DNA from: Aulosira sp. ZfuVER01
GTDB taxonomy: Bacteria > Cyanobacteriota > Cyanobacteriia > Cyanobacteriales > Nostocaceae
DNA length: 64,000 nt
Direction: 5' to 3'
NCBI GenBank assembly: GCA_034530615.2
Contig: JAVRCV020000037.1
Location: forward strand, 1-64,000
A program made the translations under genes and the position numbers. The notes beneath the pieces are model-generated. The model was not told where the DNA came from. It saw only the letters and a list, made by a program, of their open reading frames with translations, and searched no databases. Shown here in pieces: positions 60,629 to 64,000 of the stretch (the first letter of the stretch is position 1; each line of letters begins with the position of its first letter).

Positions 60629-62149
60629 TTACGCTGTTGCCTTGAAGGTTTTCTTGAATTCGGTTAGTGCTTCTTTCAAAGCAGCTTCTTCTGAGTCGCC
60701 TAGTGCTTTTGAGCCTTGTACTGCTTGGGCGTACTGAGGTTTGCCAGTCTTCAAGTATTCACGTAGACCTTGGGTAAAGGTAGTTACTTTATCCACAGGG
60801 ATATCATCTAAGTAACCGTTAATACCAGCATAAAGAATTGCTACTTGCTCATATACGGACAGAGGAGCATTCTGTGGCTGTTTGAGTAGTTCCCGTAAGC
60901 GTTGACCGCGTGCCAACTGGTCTTGGGTGGCTTTATCTAAGTCAGAAGCAAATTGCGCGAAGGCTTGCAAGTCGTCAAATTGCGCTAGTTCCAATTTAAT
61001 CTTACCGGCAACTTTTTTCATTGCCTTGGTTTGAGCCGCAGAACCCACACGGGATACGGAGATACCAGGGTTCACCGCAGGACGGATACCAGCGTTAAAC
61101 AAGTCAGAAGATAAGAATATCTGACCGTCGGTAATCGAAATTACGTTGGTGGGGATGTATGCTGATACGTCACCTGCTTGAGTTTCGATGATTGGCAGGG
61201 CGGTCATGCTACCTTTACCCAATTCGTCACTCAGCTTCGCTGCTCTTTCTAATAAGCGAGAGTGAATGTAGAATACATCTCCTGGGTAAGCTTCCCGTCC
61301 GGGTGGACGACGTAGCAGCAAGGACATTTGACGATAAGCTTGGGCTTGCTTGGAGAGGTCATCGTAAACTACCAGAGTAGCTTTGCCTTTGTACATGAAG
61401 TACTCAGCAATGGTTGCTCCGGTGTAGGGAGCCAAGTATTGCAGGGTGGCAGGGTCACTGGCATTAGCGGCAACGACTACGGTGTAGTCCATTGCGCCTT
61501 TGTCTTGCAGTGTTTGGACAACGTTAGCTACGGTAGAAGCTTTTTGACCAACAGCAACGTAGACACAAATTACATCTTCTGATTTTTGGTTGATGATTGT
61601 GTCAATTGCGATCGCAGTTTTACCAGTTTGGCGGTCTCCGATGATCAATTCCCGCTGACCACGACCGATAGGAATCATCGAGTCGATAGCTGTGATTCCT
61701 GTTTGCATCGGTTCGTGTACAGACCGACGGGCAATGATACCGGGGGCTGGAGACTCAATCAAACGGCTTTCTGTGGACTTGATATCTCCCTTACCATCGA
61801 TAGGACGACCTAATGCATCGACAACTCGTCCAACCAAAGCTTCCCCTACTGGTACCTGAGCAATTCTACCAGTGGCGGTTACGGAGCTACCTTCTTGAAT
61901 TTCCCGTCCTTCACCCATTAGTACCGCGCCCACGTTGTCTTCTTCCAAGTTCTGGGCGATACCAATTGTGCCGTCTTCAAATTCTAATAGTTCCCCAGCC
62001 ATAGCCTTTTCCAGACCATAAATCCGGGCAATACCGTCACCGACTTGCAGGACAGTACCGACGTTAGCAACTTTGACATCTTGGTCGTATTGCTCGATTT
62101 GCTGTTGAATAATGCTACTAATTTCGTCAGGTCTGATTGAAATGCTCAT
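60629..62149 (-). CDS. atpA: ATP synthase F1 alpha
   Basis: [23 protein letters not shown]. Confidence 0.99.
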   Translation of the reverse strand: MSISIRPDEISSIIQQQIEQYDQDVKVANVGTVLQVGDGIARIYGLEKAMAGELLEFEDGTIGIAQNLEEDNVGAVLMGEGREIQEGSSVTATGRIAQVPVGEALVGRVVDALGRPIDGKGDIKSTESRLIESPAPGIIARRSVHEPMQTGITAIDSMIPIGRGQRELIIGDRQTGKTAIAIDTIINQKSEDVICVYVAVGQKASTVANVVQTLQDKGAMDYTVVVAANASDPATLQYLAPYTGATIAEYFMYKGKATLVVYDDLSKQAQAYRQMSLLLRRPPGREAYPGDVFYIHSRLLERAAKLSDELGKGSMTALPIIETQAGDVSAYIPTNVISITDGQIFLSSDLFNAGIRPAVNPGISVSRVGSAAQTKAMKKVAGKIKLELAQFDDLQAFAQFASDLDKATQDQLARGQRLRELLKQPQNAPLSVYEQVAILYAGINGYLDDIPVDKVTTFTQGLREYLKTGKPQYAQAVQGSKALGDSEEAALKEALTEFKKTFKATA

Positions 62150-62192
62150 GTGTCTATGTTTTTTCTTGGGAGACTGAACAGAGTTATCTTTA

Positions 62193-62747
62193 CTAGGAAC
62201 TGGTTAAGCGTAAAGAAAGGCGGCGCAATTGACCCCGTAAACTAGCGTCAATTACCTGCGATCCAACTTTAATGATCAAACCACCAATTAAGTCGCTGTC
62301 GATTTTGGTTTCTAGTTCTACTTGGCGAGCATTAGTGATGGCAAGTACCTTATCTATTACAGCCTGTTGTTGAGCTTCTGTGAGGGGAACGGCTGAAATG
62401 ACTTCCGCTAACACGGTTTGATTCAGCTGCCGCAACAACGCCAAATACTGCTGTAAAATTGCTTCCAAGAAGAAAATCCGCCGTTTATCTACCAGCAACA
62501 GTAAGAAATTGCGCAAGTAAGGATTAGCGCCATCACCCAATATTTGGCTGATTACTGCCTTTTTCCGCTCAGGCTGAATAAACGGGTTGTCAATTAAGTT
62601 TTGCAGTGGTGCTGAATCTTTCAACAAATTCACCAACACACGTGCATCTTCGCCAAACTGTTCTGTCTGATTTTTGGATTGGGCTATTGACATCAAAGCT
62701 TGTGCGTAAGGCTGGGCGATTTCGGCTGTTTCTACATTACTTTTCAT
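62193..62747 (-). CDS. atpH: ATP synthase F1 delta (cyanobacterial atpD)
   Basis: [31 protein letters not shown]; operon position. Confidence 0.97.
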   Translation of the reverse strand: MKSNVETAEIAQPYAQALMSIAQSKNQTEQFGEDARVLVNLLKDSAPLQNLIDNPFIQPERKKAVISQILGDGANPYLRNFLLLLVDKRRIFFLEAILQQYLALLRQLNQTVLAEVISAVPLTEAQQQAVIDKVLAITNARQVELETKIDSDLIGGLIIKVGSQVIDASLRGQLRRLSLRLTSS

Positions 62748-63316
62748 CAGCGTCCTCCCACCTGCGCGATGCTGCGGTCAATGATTGTTTGTTGAACATC
62801 GTCAGCAATACCAGTCCGCAGTTCTGACTCGACTTTTTGCAATGCCAGCGTGGCTACTCGCTGCCGCAGTTCGGCCATCGCTCGCTCTCTTTCCGTGTTC
62901 AAATCTGCTGCTGCTGTTTGTTGCAAGCGTTCCACGTCTTGCGCTGCTTTTGCCAACAGAGCTTCTCTAGCTGCCTGGGCGTTTTCTTCAGCAGCTTTGC
63001 GGATGCGTTGTGCCTCTGCTTGAGCTTGGGTCAACTGCTCTTGCGCCTGAGATAGAGCAACTTGTGCCTCTTTTTGGCGCTGTTCTGCTTCCTGAACAGC
63101 GGTGGCAATCTTTGACCGTCGCTCGCTCAGGATATTGCTTAAAACTTTACGTCCGAAGTAGAATAGTATGCCAACCAGAATCGCTAGGTTAATGAGATTG
63201 GTTTCAAAAAGGTCTAGGTTTAGACCGAAACCTCCTTCTGCTGCGCCTTCTGCCAATTCAGAGTGAACAGCGTTCGCTTCTGCGGCAAGTAATAAGAATG
63301 TGCCCATGTTACCCAT
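62747..63316 (-). CDS. atpF: ATP synthase F0 subunit b
   Basis: [20 protein letters not shown] plus coiled coil. Confidence 0.97.
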   Translation of the reverse strand: MGNMGTFLLLAAEANAVHSELAEGAAEGGFGLNLDLFETNLINLAILVGILFYFGRKVLSNILSERRSKIATAVQEAEQRQKEAQVALSQAQEQLTQAQAEAQRIRKAAEENAQAAREALLAKAAQDVERLQQTAAADLNTERERAMAELRQRVATLALQKVESELRTGIADDVQQTIIDRSIAQVGGR

Positions 63317-63506
63317 CTACAAGTGCGCTGCTCGCTTGTTAATACGTTGTATTTTCCCGCAGGGAAATTAAAGTCTTTAATTTTTGAAAATCAATTAAAG
63401 TGTTTTAACTTCCCGATGGAAAAAAGTGCCTTTTGTGACACTTAATTATGCGCTTAAGGACAAGTGTCCATCGGCGCGTATGCTTTCACTGAACCTGTAC
63501 TGTCGC

Positions 63507-63938
63507 TTATCGAGCTAAAGTCGGTCCTAATAGTTTTTCTAGAATCTGTCTGCTTAGAGCATCAACGCGTTGTTCTAAGGAACGCATAGCTTCTTGCTTT
63601 TGTTGCTCTATTTCAATAGCAGCACGTTCTCGCTCTTGCTGAGCTTCCTGTTGCGCCTCAGCGATTTTCTGGGCAGTAATTTTCTTAGCTTCCAACTGAG
63701 CTGCTTCTATAGTAGCTTGCGACTGCCTGCGAGCTGCTGCGAGCTGCTGCTCATATTCCTGGGTTAAGCGCTCGGCTTTTACCAAGCGTTCCTTGGCATC
63801 AAGGGTATTCGTTCGGATGTAATTATCGCGATCGTCCAGCACCTTGGTCAGTGGCTTATAGAAAATTGCATTCAGCAACGCTGCCAACAACAGGAACTGC
63901 AATGCCATAAAGGGCAAAGTAGCATCGAAATCAAACAT
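63507..63938 (-). CDS. atpF2: ATP synthase F0 subunit b' (cyanobacterial atpG)
   Basis: [18 protein letters not shown]...FYKPL; AGGAGAG RBS. Confidence 0.97.
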   Translation of the reverse strand: MFDFDATLPFMALQFLLLAALLNAIFYKPLTKVLDDRDNYIRTNTLDAKERLVKAERLTQEYEQQLAAARRQSQATIEAAQLEAKKITAQKIAEAQQEAQQERERAAIEIEQQKQEAMRSLEQRVDALSRQILEKLLGPTLAR

Positions 63939-64000
63939 TTCTCTCCTCTTTGGCTGGAGTAGCAGTTTTCATGGCTAGCAATAACATCCAACCTTTCATA

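Overview
Chromosomal segment of a heterocyst-forming-type (Nostocales-like) cyanobacterium. This is inferred from very frequent HIP1 octamers (GCGATCGC), heptamer STRR-type repeats, XisH/XisI, Uma2 and an ATP synthase operon with both b and b'. Left to right it contains: a three-gene minus-strand unit (small helical protein, nSTAND1-TM-WD40 NLR-like protein, C1-peptidase-like ORF running off the window); a YcjF-type GTPase; a giant Ser/Thr kinase-AAA-GAF-His kinase with a hybrid kinase; a GNAT; two paralogous receptor Ser/Thr kinases; an accessory block (DUF433/DUF5615 TA, Bell-like ORF plus NB-ARC-TPR, RelBE-like TA); a PaaK-like ligase; a ~23 kb Wzx/Wzy exopolysaccharide locus with an embedded two-component system; then holB, tmk, a permease-PAS-His kinase, argS, Uma2, xisHI, tmRNA and the distal atp operon. 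The three best candidates for undescribed biology are: (1) a Bell-like protein ending in an amyloid-like motif, separated from an in-frame NB-ARC-TPR that has no ATG start by a single TGA-CTA stop, suggesting read-through; (2) a matching amyloid-like motif shared by the nSTAND1-WD40 N-terminus and its translationally coupled upstream gene; (3) a UbiA + HAD + SMR + 2x GT87 module suggesting polyprenyl-phospho-ribose-dependent extracytoplasmic decoration of the EPS. All calls come from reading motifs by eye; no database searches were run.
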